From the IMG/VR virus record IMGVR_UViG_3300018080_000160: DNA of 64,000 nucleotides, one strand, 5' to 3'. Origin of the DNA: an uncultured virus (IMG/VR IMGVR_UViG_3300018080_000160) (taxonomy: Duplodnaviria > Heunggongvirae > Uroviricota > Caudoviricetes). Numbering within the stretch: the first letter of the stretch is position 1; every line of letters begins with the position of its first letter. The translations under genes and the position numbers were made by a program. The notes beneath the pieces were generated by a model. It saw nothing but the letters and a program-made list of their open reading frames with translations, had not been told where the DNA came from and did no database searches. This document shows, piece by piece, positions 10,325 to 20,668 of the stretch.

Positions 10325-10755
10325 ATCAAAAACACATCCGTTTTATATTCTATTAATTGTGTGCGGTCTTGAACCGTGCTGAAACGCACTGTAACTTTCC
10401 AGTGTCGCCCGTAATCATCCTCTCCAACCTCACCAACGAGACCAACTTCAATTCCGTCAACCTCAAGAACTTCAGGGTCTTGCATAATAGTCATATAAGC
10501 AGATTGGCGTAATATTTCTTCGCGGGTAATCCCAGCGTGTTCGTTGCTCAATCTACTATCTATTATGGTTTGTAAGTCGAATCCCTCGAACGGTCTCCAC
10601 CTGTCCGTTAATAATATCGTCTTGAATCTGATGTCGAGACGCTGAAATAGTTCTTCCTCGCTATAACCGTCAGGCTCACCTAACATTTCCAGTTGCCCGT
10701 CCGGGTCGAAGGATAAACCACCATTTTCAAGTAGGAATGTCCACACCATTTTCAA
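10321..10755 (-). CDS. baseplate wedge / sheath initiator (gp25/Mu gp46-like)
   Basis: ELFQRLDIRFKT...EG...IMQDPEVLEV; synteny. Confidence 0.65.
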   Translation of the reverse strand: MKMVWTFLLENGGLSFDPDGQLEMLGEPDGYSEEELFQRLDIRFKTILLTDRWRPFEGFDLQTIIDSRLSNEHAGITREEILRQSAYMTIMQDPEVLEVDGIEVGLVGEVGEDDYGRHWKVTVRFSTVQDRTQLIEYKTDVFLI

Positions 10756-11147
10756 GCACTCTTGAGTTTAGTTTGACCACTATCTACATATACTTTATTC
10801 TCTGGGCCTTGAATTCCGGTCGCTTCATCTCCTTCTCTCAAAATCTTCTGACCAGCATCCTTTAGACTGTTAGAAGTACCCATAAGCGTTACTATTTCAT
10901 TAATTGGCGATAGCGGGGAAGGTGTAGAGCATGTTCCAGATGGAGGCCCCGGAACCGTGCCGCCCACGTATTGAAACGTGCCTACAGCCATTAGTTCGGT
11001 TTTTTTGTCATCCACCGTTATCTTATTACCGTTTGTGATGACGAGACTAATCTTTTGCCACGAACCAGTTCCGCAGATATCACTTGGATGGGTGTTCGGG
11101 TCTGCTTCATAAACTGTCATACCCTCAACAGCGATAAACTCACTCAT
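10752..11147 (-). CDS. putative spike-tip (PAAR-like) protein
   Basis: 131 aa directly after the spike; KDAGQKILREGD..GQTKLKS resembles PAAR-like tips. Confidence 0.55.
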   Translation of the reverse strand: MSEFIAVEGMTVYEADPNTHPSDICGTGSWQKISLVITNGNKITVDDKKTELMAVGTFQYVGGTVPGPPSGTCSTPSPLSPINEIVTLMGTSNSLKDAGQKILREGDEATGIQGPENKVYVDSGQTKLKSA

Positions 11148-12670
11148 GAGACATTCATCACACTCCCACTAAGTTCTGCAGTGACACTACCGTTCGTAAT
11201 CGTTATTGTGCTTCCATCTAAAGAGATTTCCGTGTTTCCGGCTTTCAAACTTATATTCCCATCTTGGTAAACAATCTCGGTTTCGTCCCCAACCTCGATT
11301 TCCAGTCCAGCCCCTGCTTTTTCAGGACGTGAGAGGGTAAGGTAATCGTCACCGATACGTATCACCAAACTCTTTGCGTGAAGAATCTCGTTACCATCTT
11401 TGTCGATGATATGGATACGGGCTTTCCCAGAGTCCGAACCTCCTGCTGGGATGAATTCAGCGTCATCGTTCTCTTCTAACGGCGGTAGATTTAAATCTTT
11501 AGTGTAGATTTTACCCAATACTACCATATCATTATTGTTAATGCGAGCTACGAGAAGCCTCTCACCCGGATATACTGGTTTGACCCTACCGTATTGATCT
11601 AATGCTGTTCCGCACAATATTGGGATTTTTGTCGCTTTTGCTCCATCAGGGTTAGATTCAGTTATTAGATTTAAGGTCGGATCGGGCGTGGACGAGGAAT
11701 CAGGACCGCCTCGCGTGTAACCAAAAACTGCGTCAACTTTGTTGGAAGTGTAATCATACACCTCAGCATTCGCAACAATCATTCCACGACCCATCTCTAC
11801 CCGTTTCGTTATTAGGTTACTCATCTGAGTGAGAAAATCGTTAAACAAACCAGTATTCAAGTTATTAACTTGATTCGGTTCTAAATCAATCTGTGTAGCC
11901 AAAATCTCAGTATAGACATCATCTGCTATCGCTTTATGCACTATAGTATGCGCCAGCAATGTTGGCAGGTTAATCTCATCAGAGAGAATAGTAAACATCT
12001 CACCGGGTTGTATATCTGGCGTTAAATCTACCCGAATCCAATACCCACTAATTAACTCCCCGTTAACTCTATCTTTTATAAATCTAATACCTCTAATATC
12101 AGAACCAAGCACACTACCAAACGATTTCCCACTCGGAATACCGTATTGTCCCCAATCATTCACGAAAACGACTTCTCCTTTGTTCAAGAAGAATACATAA
12201 TCGTACTTATCTACAATATATAGAAGACAATCCAAAGCACTTACTCGGTCAAATTGCAAGCTCGAAATCAAATCTGTACCAATAACAGTCCTCGCAGATA
12301 CATCAGCCTCTCCGATTATCGCATTCACAATCTCTGCTATTGTCTGGTCTTGCCAGAAGGATGTTATGTATGTCTCGCGCAATCTTCTATACGATTGAGG
12401 CTCAAACGCTAATTTAAGTAGCGTACTTGGTTTAGGCTTACTGAAAACCATACTTTTCAAGTATGCGTCCATCACTCGTAAAGTCCCTATCTCGATAACA
12501 TACTCAGCATCAACAAAATCACCCACAACCGCCCCAACTATATCACGCACTTCGAAATGTGAGATTGGAGGAATCTTACCCATAGAAAAAACAATCTCAA
12601 AATTTGCTCCTACTCCTTTTGTTACATCTTCCGTGCCGCCTTTCTTGATGGAGTAGTAAATTGTAGACAT
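11144..12670 (-). CDS. baseplate hub fused to central spike (VgrG-like architecture)
   Basis: Hub-like WQDQTIAEIV..QFDRVSALD..YVFF; OB-fold-like PVYPGERLLVA; C-terminal beta-helix-like repeats. Confidence 0.7.
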   Translation of the reverse strand: MSTIYYSIKKGGTEDVTKGVGANFEIVFSMGKIPPISHFEVRDIVGAVVGDFVDAEYVIEIGTLRVMDAYLKSMVFSKPKPSTLLKLAFEPQSYRRLRETYITSFWQDQTIAEIVNAIIGEADVSARTVIGTDLISSLQFDRVSALDCLLYIVDKYDYVFFLNKGEVVFVNDWGQYGIPSGKSFGSVLGSDIRGIRFIKDRVNGELISGYWIRVDLTPDIQPGEMFTILSDEINLPTLLAHTIVHKAIADDVYTEILATQIDLEPNQVNNLNTGLFNDFLTQMSNLITKRVEMGRGMIVANAEVYDYTSNKVDAVFGYTRGGPDSSSTPDPTLNLITESNPDGAKATKIPILCGTALDQYGRVKPVYPGERLLVARINNNDMVVLGKIYTKDLNLPPLEENDDAEFIPAGGSDSGKARIHIIDKDGNEILHAKSLVIRIGDDYLTLSRPEKAGAGLEIEVGDETEIVYQDGNISLKAGNTEISLDGSTITITNGSVTAELSGSVMNVS

Positions 12671-12674
12671 ATCT

Positions 12675-13904
12675 TTATCCCGCTATAGTTTGTGATGCAA
12701 TTTCCTCTTCTGTTTTTTGACGAACAATCATTTCTACCCGTAAAGAGGCTAATCGTTGTTCACCAAGTTTGTGCTGCGTGTAGCCTACATCAAGCTTGGA
12801 AAATATACATACAATCTCGTCAGTCGAGAATTGCATACCCTCGTAAACCTCTGAACTGTAAACATAATCAAATGCAAACTCAGTTCCAGTCAATGCGACA
12901 ACTTCAGCACCCTCCGTTGCTGGATCTCTCCGGAAAAGAGAACAACGAACACAGAAATTCTCTGGTTCCCCCGTAATAGGATTTGAGTTTACTGCTTCAG
13001 CGTTCTGGTTCCCAACAGCTTTTAATGAAATTTTATAGATGTATGACGGGTTGTTGCCTAATGGGTTCCGAAATCTGAAGTAGAAAGATTGAGTTGGCGT
13101 GTCTTGTTTGATTGGAAGGTGATACCAAACATTAGATTCGATGTTGGAGGCTGGAACAACTACAAAATTATCAATTAACTCCTCTGAAGTTCCCTCCTCA
13201 ATCTGAATACCTCCATCGAATTGTTCAAGAATTTCAGCGAGTTGCTCAGTAGTTACTTGGTTCCAATTTACATCTACGACAAAGATGCTACCGTCATTCG
13301 GTATTTGGGCTTCTACAGGGTCAACAAGCATCCTTTGACTGTGCATAAAAGACCCCATACCTTCTGCAGCAATTAGACTAAGAGTAGCTACAGTGGTTGC
13401 GGTGGCAAATATCGTCGTTGCCTTTAGATTGTAATCTTTCGGTCTTACCTTCTCAAGATTTAAGATAAAAGCGTATGTATCTCTCTGCTCTGCTGAGTGC
13501 GTGAAAGCAAGAGATTTAATAGCCATATTGAATTCGGTAGCCATCGGAGAGATGAACGGGAAATTAATAGTCCCAAAAAACAATTGTTCTAACAGCCCCG
13601 GAGTGAATGAACCTTTAATTGCTTTCTTTCGCTGATCTGAAATCCACAATTGAAGATTTCGTATCTGAACGAGAATTTCCTTGAAGAACCGCTTTCCAGT
13701 TCCTTTCAAGTACCCCACAAGTGTAACATTAGTTTCACCTTTAGCAACCCCATAAACGGAACGTTCACTCGTTTGTTTGTCTTTTGTGATTAGATTACCG
13801 AAGGTTTGCAGCACTTTGGTTGGAATGTAGAACGGAACAGGGCCATACCACACAAGAGTTAAGTATGTGCTATCTACATCACCAAATAAACCATCTACAG
13901 ACAT
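12675..13904 (-). CDS. tail tube initiator / baseplate protein
   Basis: Position between tape measure and hub; NMAIKSLAFTH..YAFILNLEKVR. Confidence 0.5.
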   Translation of the reverse strand: MSVDGLFGDVDSTYLTLVWYGPVPFYIPTKVLQTFGNLITKDKQTSERSVYGVAKGETNVTLVGYLKGTGKRFFKEILVQIRNLQLWISDQRKKAIKGSFTPGLLEQLFFGTINFPFISPMATEFNMAIKSLAFTHSAEQRDTYAFILNLEKVRPKDYNLKATTIFATATTVATLSLIAAEGMGSFMHSQRMLVDPVEAQIPNDGSIFVVDVNWNQVTTEQLAEILEQFDGGIQIEEGTSEELIDNFVVVPASNIESNVWYHLPIKQDTPTQSFYFRFRNPLGNNPSYIYKISLKAVGNQNAEAVNSNPITGEPENFCVRCSLFRRDPATEGAEVVALTGTEFAFDYVYSSEVYEGMQFSTDEIVCIFSKLDVGYTQHKLGEQRLASLRVEMIVRQKTEEEIASQTIAG

Positions 13905-15646
13905 TATAATGTACCTCCCGTACCTAAGAACGCTGACATAATCGTAGTCACGCGCTCTCTTACTTGTTGCACTATATGATCTACAATCTCGTCACTTGTA
14001 ATCGTGTCAGCATTCACCTGAATGTCAATATTAAATGTAACTCCACTACTGGGAGTACCGCTTTGTGATGGAGGACTTGGCGGTGTTGGTGTTCCGGTAG
14101 GTGTGATAGGAGCAGTAGGAGGAGTGTATGTCATTGTTGGTGGAATTGCTCCAGCTTCTAATCCTAAAGCTGCACCGATTATCTCCTTCACATTGAGAAT
14201 AGTTTCTACGGTCATTTCTGGTCTTCCAAAGCCAGTACCAGTCATCCAAGATAGATTCGAACGAAATCCAGCAACTTGTAACCAAGTAGGAATTTTAGTA
14301 GCACCAGTATAGTCAAACAAATGACCTGTAAACCTCAAAACTTCAAGATCAGCTTTGAAACTTTCTGGAACCTCCGGCATCTTCAAATCTACTTCAACTT
14401 CAACCGTGTGCGGGAAATCTTCAATTATAGAGACAGCACGGAAAGTACCATCAACTATATTCAACTCCGCAGGCGGTAAATTACTTAGATCAAGCCCGGA
14501 GATTGGAAGTCTAAATTGAAAGCGGCTGGCTTCTTGCTGAGCCATAATAATAGCGTTATTAATTGAAACATCAGACAATGTAACCGGAAGAACTACTGGA
14601 GCAACTCTGTTCTTTACATCTTGTGGAATCCAGATGTCAGAGATTATCATAGTAAGATTAGCGTTATCGAGCAATTCTTGAAGGTAGTCCTTTGGTTGTT
14701 CGTTTGGGAAATATAGATGATGAATAGGCATACCTATATCCCAACTATGCAAGTCATTCATTACTTCCCTAAGTACGCTGCGTCTACTCAAAGGAAAATA
14801 CAGATGGTGAATAGGCAGATTTACTTGACCGATAGCACCACTCAAAACATTCATTACATCATTTATATTAACTGTTGCGACGACTTCCGCAGGTATAATG
14901 AGTGGAAGACCACCAATATTCGTGTAATCAATATTTTTAACATTAAAATCTACATTGACTTGTCTCTTCCCAAATCCTTTCTGTTGAGTCGCATTAAGTT
15001 TTACTTTAATTTCAGGAGGTGTAGTCTTAAAATTGGATAAATCTATTGGAGGAGTTGCAACCAAAGTGATTGGAATTTGATCTGGAACATCAAGTTTTAT
15101 TGGAACGGGTGTATTAGAGATATCGTTTTTGATAGCATCCATATCCAGTTCCGGGGTAATAGGGAAAAAGAAACCGCCGAGGCGGATTAGGTTCTCTCTG
15201 AAAGCGAGCATCTCTTCGAGAATATCACCAACATCAAGAGAAGGAATGATCTTGATTTCTCTACCCTCATAATCTTTAAGCGATTTGTCTAAATCGCTTA
15301 GTTCGTCAACTAAATCGCTGACCGACTTCGTTCCTTCTTTTATAGTAGCAGTTAAATTTTGGTCAATAATCTTAGATAGCTCTATGCTTTGTTCTGCAAG
15401 CGTAGTGAAAGCATCAAGCGTAGCTATCAAACTCTGATTCATAGATTCAGCCGCAACAGCTTGTAGACCAAGCTGGTCAGTCATTTTCTCAGCAGCAGCC
15501 TCTATATCGTTTATAGCAGTACCAAGATCGTTAAATTTGTCAATGGTAGTTTTTATAGAGTTTCTTATACCTGATAATGACTGAGCTATAGATTTCGGCG
15601 TTTGTTTTAACCCTATTTCTATGAACAGATTACCTACCGATGGCAT
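13904..15646 (-). CDS. tape measure protein (atypical)
   Basis: Position after chaperone; N-terminus VGNLFIEIGL and helical first ~160 aa; C-terminal VTFNIDIQVNA..IVQQVRE. Confidence 0.6.
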   Translation of the reverse strand: MPSVGNLFIEIGLKQTPKSIAQSLSGIRNSIKTTIDKFNDLGTAINDIEAAAEKMTDQLGLQAVAAESMNQSLIATLDAFTTLAEQSIELSKIIDQNLTATIKEGTKSVSDLVDELSDLDKSLKDYEGREIKIIPSLDVGDILEEMLAFRENLIRLGGFFFPITPELDMDAIKNDISNTPVPIKLDVPDQIPITLVATPPIDLSNFKTTPPEIKVKLNATQQKGFGKRQVNVDFNVKNIDYTNIGGLPLIIPAEVVATVNINDVMNVLSGAIGQVNLPIHHLYFPLSRRSVLREVMNDLHSWDIGMPIHHLYFPNEQPKDYLQELLDNANLTMIISDIWIPQDVKNRVAPVVLPVTLSDVSINNAIIMAQQEASRFQFRLPISGLDLSNLPPAELNIVDGTFRAVSIIEDFPHTVEVEVDLKMPEVPESFKADLEVLRFTGHLFDYTGATKIPTWLQVAGFRSNLSWMTGTGFGRPEMTVETILNVKEIIGAALGLEAGAIPPTMTYTPPTAPITPTGTPTPPSPPSQSGTPSSGVTFNIDIQVNADTITSDEIVDHIVQQVRERVTTIMSAFLGTGGTL

Positions 15647-15785
15647 TTATCCCTACCGCGTTTGTTTTTCTATATTTATTGACCAAAAACTCAAAAAATG
15701 TTTGCGATGATGTCTGTCCTTTTTGTGTGGTTAGCCCACCGTTTATTACTTTCTTTTCTTGCGGGTAACTGAATTTACTCTTCAC
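15630..15785 (-). CDS. putative frameshift extension of tail assembly chaperone (+1 frame)
   Basis: 52-codon open frame covering the whole chaperone-tape measure gap, reachable at TTT-CGT. Confidence 0.45.
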   Translation of the reverse strand: MKSKFSYPQEKKVINGGLTTQKGQTSSQTFFEFLVNKYRKTNAVGINAIGR

Positions 15786-16359
15786 GAAACCCCTTAATCG
15801 CGGCTTGTCCTTCTTCTGAAGCAGAAGTACGCTTCAGAATTTCTCCGCAAATTTCAGTAGCCATAGGGTGTCGTTTGATTACATCTACCGCTACTTCTGG
15901 TGGCAAGCTACGTAGTTTTTCGTTATAATCCCGCATTGAGTAATAAGCGAGCCAGAACTTTATTTGTTGTCGTGCTTGTACGAGTGTTAGTTCATCTGTA
16001 GGACTGAGATCCCCGATCTCCTTGTCAACTTCACCTTTCCGCAATCGTAGCCAGATTCGTTTGAATATATCAGTCTCTGAGAATTCCTTCCACCCACGTA
16101 CAAAAGCATCAGTGTGTTCGTGGTCGAGGACATCTCTGATTCGTAGATTCGTCCCATCACTCAAAGTAATCTCCTCGCCTTCTAAACTGAAATCTTCAAG
16201 TCTCTTCTGGACTGCGATAATTTCGAGTGGGTCAATGCTCAGATATTGATCTCTGTTCTGTTTGATTATTCCAGCAAACTTATCGAGTGTTTTGCTCATT
16301 TCTGGTGGTACAATCTTTTGATTTTCCGTTGTCATCCGTCTCTCACCTCCATCTGTCAT
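15775..16359 (-). CDS. tail assembly chaperone
   Basis: Synteny between tube and tape measure. Confidence 0.6.
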   Translation of the reverse strand: MTDGGERRMTTENQKIVPPEMSKTLDKFAGIIKQNRDQYLSIDPLEIIAVQKRLEDFSLEGEEITLSDGTNLRIRDVLDHEHTDAFVRGWKEFSETDIFKRIWLRLRKGEVDKEIGDLSPTDELTLVQARQQIKFWLAYYSMRDYNEKLRSLPPEVAVDVIKRHPMATEICGEILKRTSASEEGQAAIKGFREE

Positions 16360-16360
16360 T

Positions 16361-16377
16361 CAAAAAGAAAAAAAGAA
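16361..16377 (-). terminator. U-tract terminator after tail tube gene
   Basis: U-rich tract on the minus strand immediately after the stop codon. Confidence 0.55.
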
Positions 16378-16836
16378 TTAATAGTGGTGTCCATACTCGC
16401 GGGTCGTGCCATCCTCCTCGGTGTGTTTCAGCGTTAGAGCCTTAGCAGTAACACTAATCGTTGGGATGTCGTCTGGAGACATTCCAGTACCCCGGATGCT
16501 GGTAAGAATTGCATCGTCCCATTGCATATTGCCAAGCTTCCAAGCACCATTCGAGTCATCGTGTTCAACGAGAAGGATGGTGAATTGCTCACTTTTGTTG
16601 AGACGTTGTACCATCCGTTGCGGGGTAACATCACCGAGCTGGTAGATAACCAAAGTAAACGAATAGCGTGGATTCTTGTGGTGATAACCCACATTACCTT
16701 TCGTTAGCGTGTCGATTTCGATTTTCTCTCCATTTAGAAAGAATTCGAAAGATCGGCACGGAACGAGGTCACTACCAAAGGAGACAGCGAGTTGCGAGCG
16801 TTGGTCAATCGAGGGGATTGAATCTATTGCTGACAT
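16378..16836 (-). CDS. tail tube protein
   Basis: 152 aa, beta-rich, immediately after sheath. Confidence 0.75.
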   Translation of the reverse strand: MSAIDSIPSIDQRSQLAVSFGSDLVPCRSFEFFLNGEKIEIDTLTKGNVGYHHKNPRYSFTLVIYQLGDVTPQRMVQRLNKSEQFTILLVEHDDSNGAWKLGNMQWDDAILTSIRGTGMSPDDIPTISVTAKALTLKHTEEDGTTREYGHHY

Positions 16837-16850
16837 TCTCTAACATCCTC

Positions 16851-18269
16851 CTAAAGTGGTGTCACGTACACATCTATCGTGTGCAGCGACATATTCTGTC
16901 GATACGCGAAATATACCGTGGTATGCCTTGCATCTTCAGCATCTTGGATAGTTTGCTTCTGAAGCTCGGTCGCGTTGTTCTGCTGCGCAGCAAGCAGTGC
17001 ATCGTACAGAGGAAACACTACCGGGTCAACTCCATATCTTCCACGTAGATTGTCCGGGTTGTAGATTGCACCAGCAGCGAAGAGAGCCGATTGAACGGTT
17101 AGAAGTTTCCCGCGAACAACCGCTATATCGGTAGGGCTGCCCAACTTGACATGGCCGACGATTGCTGGATTTGTGAGCTGGCTCTTGATAAGATTGTCGA
17201 TGTAATCATAAGTTCTAATCTCGTCAATCCACGGAAATTCCCGCGTGGAGTCAATCGTCCATCCTTGGTTACAGACAACTCCCTCACCCAACAACCAATC
17301 TGGGTCAAATGCAACATTGATATAGGCGTCCAGAAGAGATTGCATATCGGTACTGTTGTATTGTCCGTGCCAGTTGATGCCCGTCACTCCTTTGAAGTGC
17401 ATAGATTCCCACGGGTAATTCGAGCAAGCTACACCACCCATTGCAACCGCGAAATCTTTAAATTCAAGCCAGTTCGCGCTGGGGTCAGTCGCAGTTGCGT
17501 CATAATAACCGCATCTATTTGCGAACAATGCCACGCGAGTGCTATCCAGAGTGGTCGCAGTCGTCAAAATATCCGTCGCATCTAACCACTGCCCGTTTAT
17601 GAATGTAATCCGGGGTTTTCCGCCGGATGCCGCAGTAACACAGTGGGTTTTCAGCTTCCCGACGAGCGTGGAGTTGAATTGGTACGCGGCAGCAACAACA
17701 TTAACCGTAACAGTCTCAATCTGGGATAAGGCTGCCTCCATATTTGCACTGGTCACTTCCTGCCACGTAACTTTCACATTGCTCGTCCCAGTAGCAGCAG
17801 CAACCTTGAGACACACTTTCCCATTCGAGTAATCTACCACGTAATCAACATTTTCCTCTAACTGCACGAGAGCAGTTCCGTCCTTTGCGGTGTTATCCAC
17901 CTCGACCTTGACGCTGCCTGCTTCCATTTGGAGTGTGATGTCACCGGAGACATCGACTTCTTTGTTATCTGCTCCATCATAGGAAGCATTAACCTCATCT
18001 TCCAGATCGTACTCAACGATGTAAAGCTCGCGGCCACCGTTTGCGAAATAGTCATACGCAGCACGATAGAGACCCCAACCACCACGGAGGGAATCTGCTT
18101 GTGGGAAATCTGTTAAGATTTCGGCCAGAGCGGAGTAAGGGCCACGAACTTGATTCGAGTAAGTCCCCGGCCCCGGCCCCACGAGTCCAAACATCGTAAA
18201 TTGGACGGGTTGAGCCGCGACTTGACCAGTCCCGGCTTTATAGACTTTTACTGGGTTTAGATCAACCAT
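16851..18269 (-). CDS. contractile tail sheath protein
   Basis: LYRAAYDYFANGGRELYIV; LLDAYINVA; WIDEIRTYDYI; SLHTIDV. Confidence 0.85.
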   Translation of the reverse strand: MVDLNPVKVYKAGTGQVAAQPVQFTMFGLVGPGPGTYSNQVRGPYSALAEILTDFPQADSLRGGWGLYRAAYDYFANGGRELYIVEYDLEDEVNASYDGADNKEVDVSGDITLQMEAGSVKVEVDNTAKDGTALVQLEENVDYVVDYSNGKVCLKVAAATGTSNVKVTWQEVTSANMEAALSQIETVTVNVVAAAYQFNSTLVGKLKTHCVTAASGGKPRITFINGQWLDATDILTTATTLDSTRVALFANRCGYYDATATDPSANWLEFKDFAVAMGGVACSNYPWESMHFKGVTGINWHGQYNSTDMQSLLDAYINVAFDPDWLLGEGVVCNQGWTIDSTREFPWIDEIRTYDYIDNLIKSQLTNPAIVGHVKLGSPTDIAVVRGKLLTVQSALFAAGAIYNPDNLRGRYGVDPVVFPLYDALLAAQQNNATELQKQTIQDAEDARHTTVYFAYRQNMSLHTIDVYVTPL

Positions 18270-18270
18270 T

Positions 18271-19269
18271 TTAAAGCCTCACTATATCTTTTACCTCAAT
18301 TTCTTTCAATACTTCGTACTCAACCACAGTCAGTTCCTCGTAACGAAGCCGAATGTGGGTTTGAGCATCAACCATATACTCGTTCTCCATGTAATCCATA
18401 GAGAAAGGCGTTTGCTCGACTGTAACAAATGTGATACCTTTCTGCAGTGTTGCCCATGTAGATGTCACATGCTTCCTTATAGCATCTGCTATTTGGTCTG
18501 CTATTTCTTTCCGGGAAATAAAAACCTGTGGGTCTGGTTCGTGACCTTTATTCTTATCACGCGCCACAACATCAATCTGCATCAATGCTTCACGGACATA
18601 GCCTCTATACGATGCTAACTTGTAGTAATAGCTTCTAACCAGTAAATCCCCACCTACATTCGTACCGATTTGTATCCCTACTGGATTGTCCCCGACTTTC
18701 TTGAACTCCTCAAATCTTATCTTGTAGGTTCCGGTGAGGTCGCTAACCCAAGTATGAATAACAAACTCTAACCAATCATCGCTCTCTATTAGTTCGTTGT
18801 AGTATATCTTCTGAGCCATCACATTATCATTAGGGTCATAGACGATAACTTTAAGCCAAGAGGAAGAGTTAGTGGGGACATTAGTAAAGAACTTCATAGA
18901 ATAGAATCCCGGCTCAGATACAGTAAACTCTTCCTCGTGTGCAGTATTACCCTCAACAAGAACATAGCCAGACTGTGTTTCGTCAGATTGTTGAAAGTCA
19001 ATAGTTGTTGCGATTCCTTCACGCAATGTACGATTCATAAACAACATAGTAGATTCCATATCCTCAATCGGATAAGAAATAACACAAGTAGGCATACTTA
19101 GAATGTTTTTCCTGACTTCATCTTCTTGTAGCTGGTTCTCTCTTACCCAGAAAATGTCCATCTCGATGGTTTTCTCGTGTTCTTGTTGTCTGATTTTGAA
19201 TGGTAATCGAGGTATAGTGTGGAGAAGGTCGTTCTCTAATACTCGTTTGTATTCAACCGGAACCGGCAT
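18271..19269 (-). CDS. tail terminator / neck protein with inserted domain
   Basis: MPTCVISY..MQIDVVA motifs; position upstream of sheath. Confidence 0.5.
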   Translation of the reverse strand: MPVPVEYKRVLENDLLHTIPRLPFKIRQQEHEKTIEMDIFWVRENQLQEDEVRKNILSMPTCVISYPIEDMESTMLFMNRTLREGIATTIDFQQSDETQSGYVLVEGNTAHEEEFTVSEPGFYSMKFFTNVPTNSSSWLKVIVYDPNDNVMAQKIYYNELIESDDWLEFVIHTWVSDLTGTYKIRFEEFKKVGDNPVGIQIGTNVGGDLLVRSYYYKLASYRGYVREALMQIDVVARDKNKGHEPDPQVFISRKEIADQIADAIRKHVTSTWATLQKGITFVTVEQTPFSMDYMENEYMVDAQTHIRLRYEELTVVEYEVLKEIEVKDIVRL

Positions 19270-19692
19270 TTAATCCTCCTCCTCGCAGTGTACCGTTATC
19301 ATATTAAATTCTCGGCAAGATTTCTTCACATCTTTCACGAAATAACGAGTTCCATCCTCATCTATCAAAACATCAGCGATGGATACATTTACAAGGTTTG
19401 GATTAAGCGTACAAGATGTTCGCATCACATACCATGCCCGAGTTTTGACACCAGTGTTTAGCATGTGATGTTGCTCCTCTTGCATCCGCCAAAAGAATAC
19501 TTCATAAGTCCCCATGTCAGTTTCTTCACTTCGGACAAACTCCAAGTCCTCCAAATCCCCTCTCGTCTGCTGGTTTTCCTTAGTTCGGCGTAACCACTGA
19601 ATCTTTCGAAGAGGAAGGAGAAATTGAATATCTCCCCCAAGATCGGTCTCAACTGGGAACTCGTTACTCATCATAGTACCTCCGACGTACAT
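19270..19692 (-). CDS. head closure (stopper)-like protein
   Basis: ~135 aa, D.LIDEDGTRYFVKDV; neck synteny. Confidence 0.55.
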   Translation of the reverse strand: MYVGGTMMSNEFPVETDLGGDIQFLLPLRKIQWLRRTKENQQTRGDLEDLEFVRSEETDMGTYEVFFWRMQEEQHHMLNTGVKTRAWYVMRTSCTLNPNLVNVSIADVLIDEDGTRYFVKDVKKSCREFNMITVHCEEED

Positions 19693-20668
19693 CCCTCGAT
19701 GTTGCGTGTGCGTTCATATCAAGCATCTCATTATCTCTTGCAAACCCTCGCATCGATCTCTGGGCAGATCCAGCTTCTCCAGCACGGAAAATGTCGATTA
19801 GTGTATCGAGTTCTTGTTTCGCCATCTCACAGAAATCCATCGGAGAACCTTCTGCTCCTTTATAGATTCCAGTTACAGAAGCAAAAGACTTAGATATCCC
19901 ATCTCCGCTGATAGATTGAATAGGCCCAGCAACTCCAGAGCCAATACCGAACTGCCCGGTGATGCAGAGAGTTCTATAAGATGCAGCTTTCTCTAATTGC
20001 GTTTTTGTGTATTCATCTGATAGAAATTCCGTCCAATCTATCCCTACTCTTCGTAACTGGGAGACTACCCAGTTTTCGGAATATTTAATGTTTGTGTCGT
20101 TGATTTGCTGGGCTTTAACGGTTCCAAGAGATAAATCAGAGATAATCTGCTTAGATGTCATTAAAGGTGTATATTGCGTAGATATTTGCTCCGCCGAGTG
20201 AATAAACCACGAAATTTCAACATCATCTACTTCTGGAGTGTCTGCTCCATCAGAGATGAGTGTAATTCGTATTCTAACTACATCTCTACCGTTTTCGTTA
20301 GGGTAGTAGTTATCGAAGACTGCTGTGGTGTAGTAAACCCAGCCTCCGTCATTATACTCGGGTTTTTCAATCCCCCAGTAGGAACCTTCATCGTTACTGA
20401 ACTGAACTTCTATCAGCACTCCGGTTCCAGTGGGCGTATCAAATAACGAAGACAAGCGAAGCCACTTTTTCACTTTGTCTGGTTGCAGCGGAGGTGTAAC
20501 TACAAGATTCATACCGGAATTGTATGTACCGCCCCCTAAATCTTTCAATTTAAGTTTTCCGGTATCAAATTCAACATATTGACTATCGAAGGTGTAACCG
20601 GATGGGTCAGAGAAATCGAATAACCCGACTCCTTCATTGACTTGTTCGGTGATTACGGGTTCGCTCAT
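19664..20668 (-). CDS. head-tail adaptor-like protein with extra N-terminal domain
   Basis: C-terminal QLEKAASY..IQSISGDGISKSF resembles adaptor family. Confidence 0.5.
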   Translation of the reverse strand: MSEPVITEQVNEGVGLFDFSDPSGYTFDSQYVEFDTGKLKLKDLGGGTYNSGMNLVVTPPLQPDKVKKWLRLSSLFDTPTGTGVLIEVQFSNDEGSYWGIEKPEYNDGGWVYYTTAVFDNYYPNENGRDVVRIRITLISDGADTPEVDDVEISWFIHSAEQISTQYTPLMTSKQIISDLSLGTVKAQQINDTNIKYSENWVVSQLRRVGIDWTEFLSDEYTKTQLEKAASYRTLCITGQFGIGSGVAGPIQSISGDGISKSFASVTGIYKGAEGSPMDFCEMAKQELDTLIDIFRAGEAGSAQRSMRGFARDNEMLDMNAHATSRDVRRRYYDE

